From contig CBDBCZ010000011.1 in NCBI GenBank assembly GCA_965203295.1, positions 384,001-448,000 on the forward strand: 64,000 nucleotides of DNA, in the 5' to 3' direction. The DNA comes from Nitrospirales bacterium. GTDB lineage: Bacteria > Nitrospirota > Nitrospiria > Nitrospirales > UBA8639. This document shows positions 24,544 through 64,000 of the stretch, piece by piece; the first letter of the stretch is position 1, and each line of letters opens with the position of its first letter. The position numbers and the translations under genes are program-made. Under the pieces are notes generated by a model, which did not search any database, was not told where the DNA came from, and saw nothing but the letters and a program-made list of their open reading frames with translations.

Positions 24544-25640
24544 CAAAAAGCACTTTACAAAAAGTGCAAAAAACACTCATGTAGGGATGCACTCCCACCA
24601 AAAAAAAACACTTCCCCAAAAACCAATGAAACAAGCGACAATCCACACCGGAAGGCTTGCACAGACTACCCACACATGACAGCGCAGTGCATTTACTGCG
24701 TTCCTACCATCCCTACATCTTTCCAACCACACCCCTGCAATAATGAGCATGTGAGCTGTGAATAGTGGTAGTGTAATTTGTTTTGTGTGTATGTGTGGTA
24801 ATGAGTGAGTGTGTTGGCGGTTGTGGAAGGTGGGTGAAAGTTGACTGTCGATGTTGGGCAAGTGAGTGGTTGTGGGGGTGTTTGTATGGGGCTTTGGGAT
24901 TGTATATGCATGGTTGAGTGTTGTGAAGTTTGGTGAGTCTGTTGTAGGGGAGGGGAATGTGGGTGTATTTGGTGAAGTGTAGATTGGGTGTTGTGAAGTT
25001 TGTTGAATGTGTTGTAGTGTGGTTGATGTGGGTGGTGTGTGTTGGTGTGTTTTGATGGGAGTGTCACTGTGAAGGTTTGTAGGGGAGGTCCATGTGGGTG
25101 TGTTTGGTATAGTGTAGGTTGGGTGTTGGCAACTTCTTTGAATATGTGTTGTATGAGTGTTTGTTGTGTGGTCGTGTGGGTTGGTGTAAGTGTGGCTTTG
25201 AGTGTGTACTGAATGGAGTGTGGTGCATGTTGTAGTTGTGTTGTGGAGAATTGGTTTGTGCTTGTGAGTGTGGGATTTGTGAGTGGAGTACGTTTTGCAG
25301 GGAATAACGTTGCCATGAAGGTTTGGGTTGCTTGTAGTGTGGGGTGTGTTTTCTGTAGTAGGTTTTCTATGATATGGTGTCAGACGTATGGTTAAGGATG
25401 GTAATGATTGTGGATGGTGAATGTGTATGGGGGTGTGGGACGGTTTGTGGTGGGTGTGGTTGGAAAGATGTAGGGATGGTAGGAACGCAGTAAATGCACT
25501 GCGCTGTCATGTGTGGGTAATCTGTGCAAGCCTTCCGGTGTGGATTGTCGCTTGTTTCATTGGTTTTTGGGGAAGTGTTTTTTTTGGTGGGAGTGCATCC
25601 CTACATGAGTGTTTTTTGCACTTTTTGTAAAGTGCTTTTT
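24544..25640. repeat. ~190-bp near-identical inverted repeat pair (24544-24735 / 25452-25640) enclosing a ~720-bp GT-skewed spacer
   Basis: aaaaagcactttacaaaaagtgcaaaaaacactcatgtagggatgcactccc... recurs reverse-complemented at 25452-25640. Confidence 0.85.
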
Positions 25641-26169
25641 CTATGTCTTGTTTCGGGTGTTTTTTTGTGAGATGGCATGAAAGGGTATGGAGTGTTCTGG
25701 AACATTACTGGGATGGTGGGTGTAGAACAGGTATTGATTTGTACTCCAGTCAATATCAGGAAGGCCTTTGCCCGCATGTGCGATGCATGGGGGGGGGAAG
25801 GTTTCCTGATCCCAGGCTGCAGGACGAGGACCCCAGAGTACGTTGCAGCCCAGCGTTGCGCACGTGAGATCTATACTGCTTGCTTCAATGCTGGTCTGAC
25901 ATGGCACATGTGTGGGCGCCATCGGCAAACATGGACAGCGGCCGTTTAGCTCGCTACTGGACACGGCGAGCAGGACTCAACGCTGAATGGGGAGCGGGGA
26001 CGGAGAGAGGGCAGCGACGCAACAGCTGGGCAGCAGCGAGTGTTGCCTAGGTGCTGTGTTACGGAAAGGTAATGGCACCCTCTGTAAAGCATGTAGGCTA
26101 TGCTCAAGTGGTCTATGGAGGGTGCTATTACCTTGAAGGGGGGGGGAGACAGGGACAGGGTCACAGTTT

Positions 26170-26410
26170 TCACAGTGTCAGCTTTATAACTAGCACGTGA
26201 AGCTGCCCTTTTCTTCTCAGGACTAGCTTTGTAGCTAGCACGGGAGGCTGCCTTTCTCTTATCAGGGTCAGCTTTATAGCTAGCACGGGAGGCTGCCCTT
26301 TTCTTCTCAGGACTAGCTTTATAGCTAGCACGGGAGGCTGCCTTTTTCTTATCAGGGTCAGCTATGTAGTAGCGCTTATTCTGCGCTCTCTTCTTACGAG
26401 TATTCGGCAT
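26170..26410 (-). mobile_element. Truncated ORF with 14-aa basic repeats (42-bp units); probably a transposon-derived (Helitron-like) N-terminal relic
   Basis: MPNTRKKRAQNKRYYIADPDKKKAASRASYKASPEKKRAASRASYKADPDKRKAASRASYKASPEKKRAASRASYKAD. The assignment is from recalled resemblance only. Confidence 0.4.
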
Positions 26411-27366
26411 ACTACACGCAAGAACAGCAACAAGTGCACCGCAAAGGAACGTCCAGCTTGCAGCTTAAAAGCTCACAAAGGTCCGAACTGGAAGGTTAGT
26501 TCAACAGTTCGCCGTACCGCTAACCGCAAGACCTGTAAGACTTACCTCGTGGTTGAGCTTCCGGTTACGTAATATTGATGTAACAAAATGGTGTAACGCA
26601 AACAGCATCCGCTCGAGAGTACTCGTGAATCACTGCCGAATCTATTCGTTTCTTTGAAAACGCTATGCTGCGAGTGCAATACCCCAGGGAATATCCATCT
26701 TCTTCGTGCCTGAATCATTGTGATCGCCTCAGCCGTTATTGTGCTAGCCTGGCAGAAGAATCAGAATCAGAAGATAGGCGAATGGGCCCGATTTGCTACT
26801 TACCGGTTTGGTACTTAAGTGATATTCTTTAGCAGCGCTAACAGTCTGATTAGTGATGAAAACGCTTTATAATTACTGGTAGGGTTCATATTCGTCCTAG
26901 ACTGCGCTTACAGCAGGGTAATGAACATATAATTTTATACACAGTTAATGGAGAGGCCATTTTTTTTGGAGCCATCCCTACATATGGAGTACTACCGTAC
27001 TCCATGATACTGAAATAGCTGAGACACCCCATGTACCATGCATGCGAAGTGGCTACAAAATACTAGCCTCAGTCCCAGGCTCTCATCCAGCTTTTCGTCG
27101 CTTAATTGGTACTGCAAGCAACGAAAAGCTGGATGAGAGCCTGAGACGAGGCTAACAAAATACTCTGTACATGGATGAAAAAGGAGACCCATACTCTTCA
27201 CCACTTGTTATTTGGTGAGCAGCATTTGGGTGTAGCATGTTTATTGTTTAGGAGATGGGGGGAGTGGCCTAATGAGTGAGCAATTACAGTTGGAATTGGC
27301 TGCGTCCTACTGGCAAGTGCTACTAGCAGGTTTAGTGGCCTACTGCTCCTCTGTCAAGGGGCTCCT

Positions 27367-27460
27367 GGACCAGTAGCTCAATTGGTATTAAAGAGCATCT
27401 GACTAGTATATAACATACAGAAGGTCCTGGGTTCAATCCCCAGCTGGGTCCCGTTTTTTT
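27367..27460 (+). pseudogene. tRNA-derived SINE head or tRNA pseudogene
   Basis: A-box-like tagctcaattggta, B-box/T-arm ctgggttcaatccccag, anticodon arm (ctgac tagta) disrupted by an insertion, followed by an oligo-T tract. Confidence 0.6.
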
Positions 27461-27914
27461 TCTCGGGATTTTTTTACTCTCTCAGAAAGCTTATCACATC
27501 TTGCAATGTATAACTGTCCCAGCTGATACATAAATATTATGGTAAATTTGCAATATGCAAATTGAAAGGCAATGCAAAATGAAAGAAATTGCTGTGCTAG
27601 TGCATGGGTATCAATCAGTGCCTTCCCTATACCATCACTTTTCTCTTTACATCTCCCTCTCCATCACTGCACCTCCTTTCCCCCGTTCTCAAGCGTGCCT
27701 GCGTAATCCCGCCCCTAGCAAAGTTTGTTACGTAACGCTTAGTCCGTGATATTATCACTATCGCGTTAGTATTATCGCACTATGTGGCGGCCTCAACAGG
27801 AAGCTCAGACCAATATTTACTTACGTTATAGTACACGTAGTAGTAGTAGTAGTAGTCATAATATTAGTACTAGTAATACACGTACAGTAATGTCGCACTG
27901 AAACGCAACAAGCC

Positions 27915-30900
27915 ATGGCTATTCTCCTTTTCGGCAATGTTTGGCAGAGAATCGCTTTGGTTCTCCTACTATGCACCCACGCCGGGTTCGTGCGAACCCA
28001 AGAGGGCGAAGATGAAGAAGGCACCGTGCGCGCTGGTGATATCGAAGAAGCAATTATCGTAGAGAGAAGTAAGATTTGCGCCTACATGGGGGCTGAAATG
28101 GACAATCAATTCGCAAGAGCGCCGGAACTGTTTGCGCATTGGCCGCAGGAGCAAAAGGCTTTCAGTGAAATCTTTTCGTTAGAAAAACCTCACACTCGTA
28201 AGTCATGCTCTGCATGTCATCTCATATTTTTGGGGGACTTAAAAAATTTAATTATTATTATTTTTTTTGGCCGTAAAATAATGTCTGCAGCTCATCGCTC
28301 CACTGTTTGTTTTGGGTTGAATTCAACCTGCTGCAAGCGACGGGCGGAGAATCTGCTGCATAGAACGACAATCATGGATTACAAGAAGGTCTACCGAGAC
28401 GTTCTACAGGAGCACTTTTCTGAATGTTCCGGCGCCGCAAGGAACCTATACCGTAAGAAGCTTACGTATTTGAACTTGTGACTAATAACTTACATCATGT
28501 ATATGTTAATTAATATGCATAAGTTCAGTGCAGACTCATAAAAAGTAATAATAGCCATAGTCCAAACTGAGCAGTTGTTTTACAGAAATTTGCAATGTGG
28601 CTGTTTGGATTTTGGTGAAGTTTACAATCATTTCTTACAGACTATGATCTATAGCTCAGGAATCATGCAACTATAACATAAGACTGATGTCTATCTTTTG
28701 AAGTGTAAGGAAGATTTAAGCCATTCAGTGGCATTTCTTCACCCTATAGCCTTGTTCCCAGGATCTCATCCAGCTCTTCGAAAACCTGGAAGAGATCCTG
28801 GAAACAAGGCTATACTCTCTTTCGTGACGAAGTTCATTGCATGTTGTCACAAGCAGGTGAAAACCCATATTATAGCTATATACAGACCTGAATGTGATTG
28901 GGATCCCAATTACTGCATGCTGTGTACACTGATCATCTACATGACGTTGTGCAAGTGTACTTTTAAAATTTAGGTTATTTCCTGCATGGGGATAGATCAG
29001 CTTAGTGTAAGGATATTAACTCCAGTAGTACAGCAAGGTAGGGCAATGTGAATTGCTCCAGACAAATGTTGGTTTCTGACTTCCTCTTTGGTAGCTAGTA
29101 CTTACCATACTATTTTTTGTTCAGTATTAATTATAATACAGAGTGTAGACTAACACCACTTGAAAGCCCCAGCTTTTAAGTGCCCTGGAACTTGTGCCTT
29201 TCCCTAAGGGCTGATTTGCTCTGTAGCTCCTCCTTGTTTATAGAGAGGCACTTCAAATCAAGTGTACAATCTCTTTATTCCCACCCACACCCTCGATGGT
29301 TCTCACAACTTCCCATTTTATATGACTGACTTATAGAGACGTTGAATAGGCTATGAATATAAGACGTCCACACTTCCTGCCGGTTGGCCTGTGGCCTGCT
29401 ACTTTCAGTCTCTTTACACAATGAATGCCGATACGATACTGTGTGAATGGAAGCATCACAAATCGAGTCAACTACTCTCAACAGTAGTATGTATACAAAT
29501 CAATGCTTTTAATTTCTAAGGTGCATGAATCTCATACAATGGCATACATTATTGGTGCTGACCAGTGAATATTAGTACCAAGACAACCTCTATTGCTCCT
29601 TCTTTAAAGTAGATACCACTAGCCAATTAGATTCGCATACATCCATGCATGCCCAAATAGAGCTGCTTGGCGTGTACTGAAAAACAATTCCTTCATTGAA
29701 TGTAAACAATACTTCTTGGCAATGTAGGTACAATAGGTAGAGGATCTGTATACATATGGTGTTTAGGAGATAGAGTTACTGAGAACCATGTTCTGAAGTG
29801 CAACAAGTGCTGTGTGTTTTACTACACTAATCAAGATAAGACTGTGAAGATGGGTTTCTTGATGGCCTGAGAATGAGCTTTGTTTAAGTTTAATTCAATT
29901 ATCCAATTGTCAGATATACTATGACTTCATTGGTATGAGGCAATGAATCCTTACAAGCATGAAGGTGATGTGGTGTGTAGAGGTAGGTTTCCTCCAAGAA
30001 AAATGTGATTACACCTACAAATTTTGGCCTGGCCGGAGACTCCAGTCTGTCGGGGAGTATAGTAGTGACCAGATGTGTTGTGGTAATCTCTTAGTGAAAT
30101 ATGGAGCTCCTCTGCCCACATCTAATGCAGCAGGCTAACTGAGAGGCAATTAGTTTGGCATGCAAAGGACTCTGGTCAGGGCTTGCTAATGTGGAGTACT
30201 TTACCTCTTTTAAATGGTTCACTACTCTTTTCTGATTTCCAGTTACTAGATGACCACCATTTAGCTGGCAATGTCAGCTCAACTTCAACATAAAAAATAA
30301 AATCAATAAGGGGTATACCCCCTCTCCTACCCCCCCCCCCCCCCAGTGATGCATGCTTTAAAGCAGGTCGTATAATGCATTTCACTTTAAATCCTGCATC
30401 AACCCTGAGTGACCATTTCTACTGTTGTTTCCATACTGCAGATGCCTTGTACGACAAATTTATGGAATCTCACAGGTTACTAGAGGCAGAAATGAGCGAG
30501 ATACTGCCAAGCAAACTTCCTGAGGGAGTCTTTCAAAAACTGTTTACATATTTGACCACCTTTGTCCATCATCCCAATTATTGCCCCCTTCGAGAACATG
30601 TGGAATCGCTGGCCCAGGAACTTTTCAAGTCTGTCTACTTGGCTCAGTTGACAGACGAGCAAGATATTCCCCTCGATCCCAATTGTCTACTAAATGTATC
30701 GAGTACCTTCGCAGAGGACTATGTGGAGGAAATCATCGTTTCTTTAGAGAGACTCCTAGTGGATGTGGCGCTGTTTGTCGAGTCGATTGAGACAGCTGAA
30801 GAAATCATGGACACAGTAAAGGAACACTCCTTCTCGACTCCCTGCGTATTTGCTCTCATGAGATTAAAGTACTGTGCTATCTGTAGCGGTCACACGGAGT

Positions 30901-32617
30901 TTCCAGCCTGTCTGTCTTTCTGTGTGAATATCTTTAGAGGGTGTTTGGCAGACGTTGCTGAGCTATACGATGATTTTGCCGAGTTTCATGAAATACTGAA
31001 GACTTTTTCTGACAGGCTGGTGTCCGACCTTCAGCCTCAGATGATTGTCGCAAACACGCTTCACCAGATCAGGGGGTTGATTGAAGCGCTAAAAAGAGAG
31101 GATCTTCCTGGACTGGTAGGTGGACATCATTTGAAGTCTGCTTGCTTATTTACCATTGTATATACTACTTACGCTAGACTTATTGTCTGTCTAGAACCCG
31201 AGACCTTTTTGAACAGAGTTTCTTGCCCACATAAATGCAGGTATCTTTCGAGTGTGAACTACCTCAGGTCTTTAGACGGAAGAGGAACTCCCTCCAAACG
31301 ACTATACCCCAGACCTCTCCCCCCGTGATCACCACCACTGCATTCACTGCTGTCGACATCGCCTTCGATCCCCTGCCCAGCGCAATGACCGAGCAGTTCT
31401 CCTGCTTGGAAGATCTGGAAATGCTCCTGGATTCCCTCCCCGACGAAATGTGCTACCTCAGCAAGAATCACGTTGGGAGCAGTCGCAACGATCACTGCTG
31501 GACGGGAACAGTCCTTGGAAGGTACGGTACCGATGACATGTATATTACCCTAGGACAAAAAAATACCCTGTATTCCAATATACCGTGGAACCACTCTGTT
31601 GTTGACACCTTGGGGACTTGGTGAAGTGTCCCATATAGAGAGGTGTTCTCATTTCAGGGGTAAATATAATTATATGAAGAAAGCATATTAGGGACGTAAC
31701 AAAGTGTCCTTTATTATTTCAGGGGTGTCCTTTAAGAGGGGTTCCACTGTATTCACAGGCTGGAGGCAATGATTTCTGTAGCATGTTGCTGCAAAATTAG
31801 AGACTATTTTTGTGGAATGTATTATATTGGCCACTAGTGTGCTTCATTTACATACACACAAGTACATGTACTAGCTATGTCAACTGTCTGTCTGGACACC
31901 ATCTCCCGTTGCAGGTATGAAGATAAACTGATAGGCAAGTCTAAAGCAGAGCAGGTCAACAACCCAGCATTCGCCCGGCAGCCCATGGACACGGAACTCT
32001 TGTACAAAGAACAAATGCAGAAATTGGCAGGCCTCACAGCGAGAATAAACGAATCGATGCAGCTCAGACTCTGCTTGGACAACCAGGAGCCAGACTGTAT
32101 TCCTCAGCGAGTGCTTTGCATAGAACCACAGGTGGTGGCGGACGAGTGTACGGGATCAGGCTGCGGCTCGGCAGAAGAGGAGAGTTCTTCAGGATTGGGT
32201 GATCTCGAGGATGGAGACGAGGAAGGCCCAGAGCAAGAGCACGAAGACATAAACAGACCCAATTCCGATACGTTTGAGGATAAATGGACCCCGGATCCGG
32301 ACCCAATTTCGCCAGATGATCTTGACACTGATCCGATTGTGATATTTAATGATACTGATCCGAGAAATGATACTGAACCAAATGTTAATAATGATCCAAT
32401 TGAAGAAACTGTTCTGAACGATGATTACGATCCGATTCTGAATGATGATTACGATCCGATTGTGATAATAAGCGACTCTGATCCTGATGGTCCTCCCATC
32501 ACTGATGACAAACCTCCGAAACTCCCCGATAACCGGTTTGATTCAGGTTCCCCCCCAATCCACAGACTCCATTATCTCCTCTTCCCAATGGTACTGTTTG
32601 CTCTCTACCTTCTGTGA
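27915..32617 (+). CDS. GPC: Glypican-like GPI-anchored proteoglycan, ~700 aa
   Basis: Exons 27915-28197, 28291-28452, 30442-31115, 31241-31521, 31915-32617, with consistent phases. Signal peptide; VCFGLNSTCC; CVFALMRLKYCAICSG...ACLSFCVNIFRGCLA; RRKR convertase-type site; CWTGT..GRY; Ser-Gly in acidic context (ECTGSGCGSAEEESSSGLGD); hydrophobic C-terminal GPI-signal-like tail. Confidence 0.85.
31583..31749 (+). mobile_element. MITE, CAGTGGAACC family
   Basis: ta|ccgtggaaccactct...gacaccttggggac...aagaggggttccactg|ta. Confidence 0.75.
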
Positions 32618-33567
32618 GTCGTAGAGAAACCAAACCCTGCTGCAAACCACTCTCTAATCAAATTTTGTAAAGACATGCAACATGCAATCAGCTTCACATG
32701 TATGGCTTACAATCACTTTGTCCATGCCAGTCACTAATGCACAAGCTGAACAGGTGCTTTTTTTTGTTAAATCATTTGCCTATGTGTCATGTTTCGTCCA
32801 GTGTTGTGTTTTATTTTGTGTGTGCAATTTCACAAGATTAATAATGCAAGCACACTTGTGCTTGCAGGAATTTTATACACAGGTCTATTTTTTGACAATG
32901 TATAAATAATATTTTGAAGAGGCAGAGATTCTAACTGGACTTGCAATTATTTTCCCTGTGTCTTTTGTAAGTCTCCAGTTTTATACAGGTCTATTTTCCC
33001 ATGTAAATAGTACTTGTGAAAAGAAGAGAAATTAATTAGTTTTCCAATTACTTTTTTCCTGTCTCCGACTTTTGTAAGTATCCAATATGTACAGCTGCAT
33101 GACTACAAGCATTAAACTTTCAAAAAAAAGACATCTACTGACTTTCATTGCTATCAGATCAGCTATACAAGCTCTCTTTAATCAAGCATACCTGTAGGTT
33201 TGCCTTTCCTCATCATATTTTTGCTCAATTCCCCTTCTAGAGATGGATCTCGGAGCATGGTTTGCAGACTTTATCCCATCCTATCCCATCAACTGTTCAA
33301 GAATACACAAACAAAACATGACAGTTACACATAATTATATAAAGTGGGTGGATTTAGACAGTAGCCACCCAAAACCCTGACACTACACAGGCATGCCAGC
33401 AGACTGTTAAAAATAATAGTGATAATCTCTGAAGATAACTGTATAGACAATGGACAACACATGAAGGAATTACATTGTACCTGGCTCTGCCAGTGAAGCA
33501 AATAGAAACTTAATGTAAAACTTTCTGTTTCATACAAGAGTACCAGTGCTGTTTTGACAAGCACATG

Positions 33568-33745
<178 letters not shown>

Positions 33746-33750
33746 AATCA

Positions 33751-61638
<27,888 letters not shown>

Positions 61639-61639
61639 G

Positions 61640-61793
61640 TTCGGAAAACGCACCGCAACAATTTCTCGGCCGAACAGTCTTTAGCTAACCAGCTCTCAAA
61701 AAATTAAAAGCGGATTCACAGCCTTCCACATGGCGTTTACAATGGTCACGTGATCAGCGCATACCCACGTGGTAGTTTTCAAGACCTCGCGCT
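61640..61793. promoter_or_regulatory. Putative bidirectional promoter with two CACGTG E-boxes
   Basis: gtcacgtga (~61745) and ccacgtgg (~61765) lie between the MPI ATG (61638, -) and a candidate ATG (61794, +). Confidence 0.45.
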
Positions 61794-63446
61794 ATGGCCG
61801 AGTCAGATACAGGAGCCCTGCAGCCTTTGCACGTGCCTTTTATGGACATTCAGCCTAATTGGGACGAGGTCATGAGGTAACTTTAGACTGCGCCCACTAT
61901 ACTACATGTACTCATACGCACATTCACTACTTGTTCCCAGGCCACACCCCCCTGATGCAGTTAATTGAATATCAGTCCCCTTCACTGTTTGTGGAGTTAC
62001 AAGACACCACACCCACCCTTAATGTTGTAGCAAAGTAATCTTGCATGATGGGTTGATAGGAAGTAGGGCTTTTTCCTGCTCTTCTCTCAAGGGCTAGTTT
62101 CCTACACGTCTTGTAGAAACGCAATTAAATGGGATCAAAATGGAATCAAGTAATCAAGGTAGTTTTTTTGAGATGGATCAGGACAAAACCCAAGCAAGGA
62201 GGCGGGGCTACAGAACGTCTGAAAATCAAATATCAGTCAAGTGATCAAGGACGATTTTTGCCAATTAAAATTTTTGATCTCGTTCGTTAACGTTTCTAAG
62301 GGCAATAAGTAAGCGACTACCTTTCTCTCCTGGCCCCTGGAATGGTCGCAGAAAATAGCCAGGCATCCTCATCACCAGAAATGGTTTCTTCACAGTCGGC
62401 TTCACTCCCCCTGAGCCTAATGCCACATAAAGGAGTTTTAACAATGGTCCCTATTCAGAAACTATCTGTCATTTGAAGGACAGAGCAGGTAGAAAACAGT
62501 GGTTTTCTACGAATGTGAAGGGTTTTCACAAAGACTGAGGGGTCAATAGAGGGCCTTATCAAGGTGGCAGCTTGTAATAAGACTCTAAAAGTATGTAAAT
62601 TCAATGTAAATTCATGCAAGCATGTACATTCGCGTGAGTAGTGTGTTTTACCTTTTCCAGCTGGCTTAGCACACTTCTAGGCATTTGAATACCTTCGTGT
62701 ATGTTATTACTTTGACAAGGCCCTCTGATTAGTCCTTAGCCTCCATGAACACTAGGTACTCATTTTTTTTCATTTCGCTGTCCTCCAAATGGTGTCACGA
62801 ACTTGCATGTGATATCAGTTTTCCGAAATGGGCCATTCATTATCGAGTGCCTACAGCAAGTGGTAAGATGGTGAAAATGTAATGCTGAACTTATGGATCC
62901 CTATTTGATCACGAATTGCCTACAGTTGCCAGTCAATATACTACGTTTATACGCCTTGCTATTGTTCATTGCCCTATATCATCTCTCCTTTAGAGACCCC
63001 AATGGGAAATTTTGGATCTCTTGTCGAAAGTACGGTATGTATAAGTTTGTCTGTAAGTGATTGTTCTACCATAAAACTCAGGCTATTTTAATGGTCAGAA
63101 CCTGCTAGGGACACCCTAAAATGACTTGATTTACTCAACCACACAAATAGAACAGTACTTTCATGTATGTGCTTCATTTCTTCTCAAGGCCTCGAAATCC
63201 AGTAGTGTTTTAGCACTTAACTCGAGAATGAGACAGTCCGTGTAACCATTGTGTAAATATTGTGGGCCTGGGAACGATGCTAGGTCACTGTGTCCCAGGC
63301 TGTAGTTCTGTCTTACTGCTTTGGTGTGCCATACACCAGGGGAGAAGTCGATCCAGGGATACCTGCAGAAGCTGAGAGACTCTCCAGCTGCTTCCCGAGA
63401 CCAGAGCGACCGGGAAGGGAAGTTTGTCCTCAGAGACTCCAGCCAG
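61794..63446 (+). CDS. Putative 5' exons of an unidentified gene head-to-head with MPI (partial)
   Basis: Candidate exon 61794-61876 (gctATGG, MAESDTGALQPLHVPFMDIQPNWDEVM, AG|gtaact) and exon 63340-63446 (caccag|...CAG|gtacat), which is open in two frames. Product not recognised. Confidence 0.4.
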
Positions 63447-64000
63447 GTACATGTACATGTACATGTACATGCATGCTTGTGCAGGGAGTAATATTGAGTG
63501 AGAAAACCACACAGCTGACATAACCGTGAGCCCTGAATGATCGAGAGCCGTGATTCCCGCAGGATCACTAGCGTAGATGGTGGGGAAAGAGTTTGAGCTG
63601 ATTCACTCTGCATTTTAATTGTACAAAGACACCAAAGGAATTGTCCTATATATTTTATATATATATGTAGTAATGACTAATTAATAGTTGGGAAAGTAGA
63701 AACTTGCACTGGATGCGAATCTGTGTATGCGTAGGTAATGCACTGACTACTGTTCTATGCTTGCTATTTCAAGGCTGTGTATACAGTTACTGTCTATGTA
63801 CAAAATGTAGGAATGCAGGCGGGGTGCCCAATAGGTTATGAATAATTAAGTAGGCAAAGGTACTAGTGGGTGCTCCACTTTAGGGAAATCTCTGCAATGG
63901 TACATTATCAGTATGGAAGAAATCGTTCATTTCAACACGCTTACATAATGTATTGATAAACCTGTTATTTTGGCATAAGTACATGTATTTACATAAGTAC

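Noticed and set aside
24544..25640. Penelope-type inverted pseudo-LTRs with hammerhead ribozyme
   Set aside because: No CTGANGA...GAAA hammerhead core seen in the arms and no RT or GIY-YIG ORF nearby.
27367..27460. Functional tRNA gene
   Set aside because: Anticodon arm is disrupted by extra bases and acceptor pairing is imperfect; more consistent with a SINE head or pseudogene.

Overview
This is eukaryotic (animal) genomic DNA with spliceosomal GT-AG introns. The repeat and gene content suggests a demosponge, which is an inference only. In order, the window holds: (1) the 5' part of a minus-strand gene with a Frizzled-like cysteine-rich domain; (2) a tandem array of four 3-exon hydroxylysine-kinase-like (HYKK, APH-fold) genes at 3.7-23.9 kb; (3) a 5-exon glypican; (4) a 5-exon mannose-6-phosphate isomerase (MPI, minus strand, 33751-61638), whose 18.5-kb third intron holds two same-strand, intronless TRAF genes (RING, zinc fingers, coiled coil, two MATH domains), each broken by a single +1 base in a homopolymer; (5) a probable head-to-head gene starting ~155 bp from the MPI start. 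Introns and intergenic DNA are dense in MITEs, Helentron/DINE-1-like non-autonomous elements, foldback hairpins, DIRS-RT, hAT and pogo relics, and satellites. The strongest signals are an apparent partitioning of a mitochondrial presequence among the four HYKK paralogs, a gene-conversion-like tract across them, and the nested double-MATH TRAF pair.
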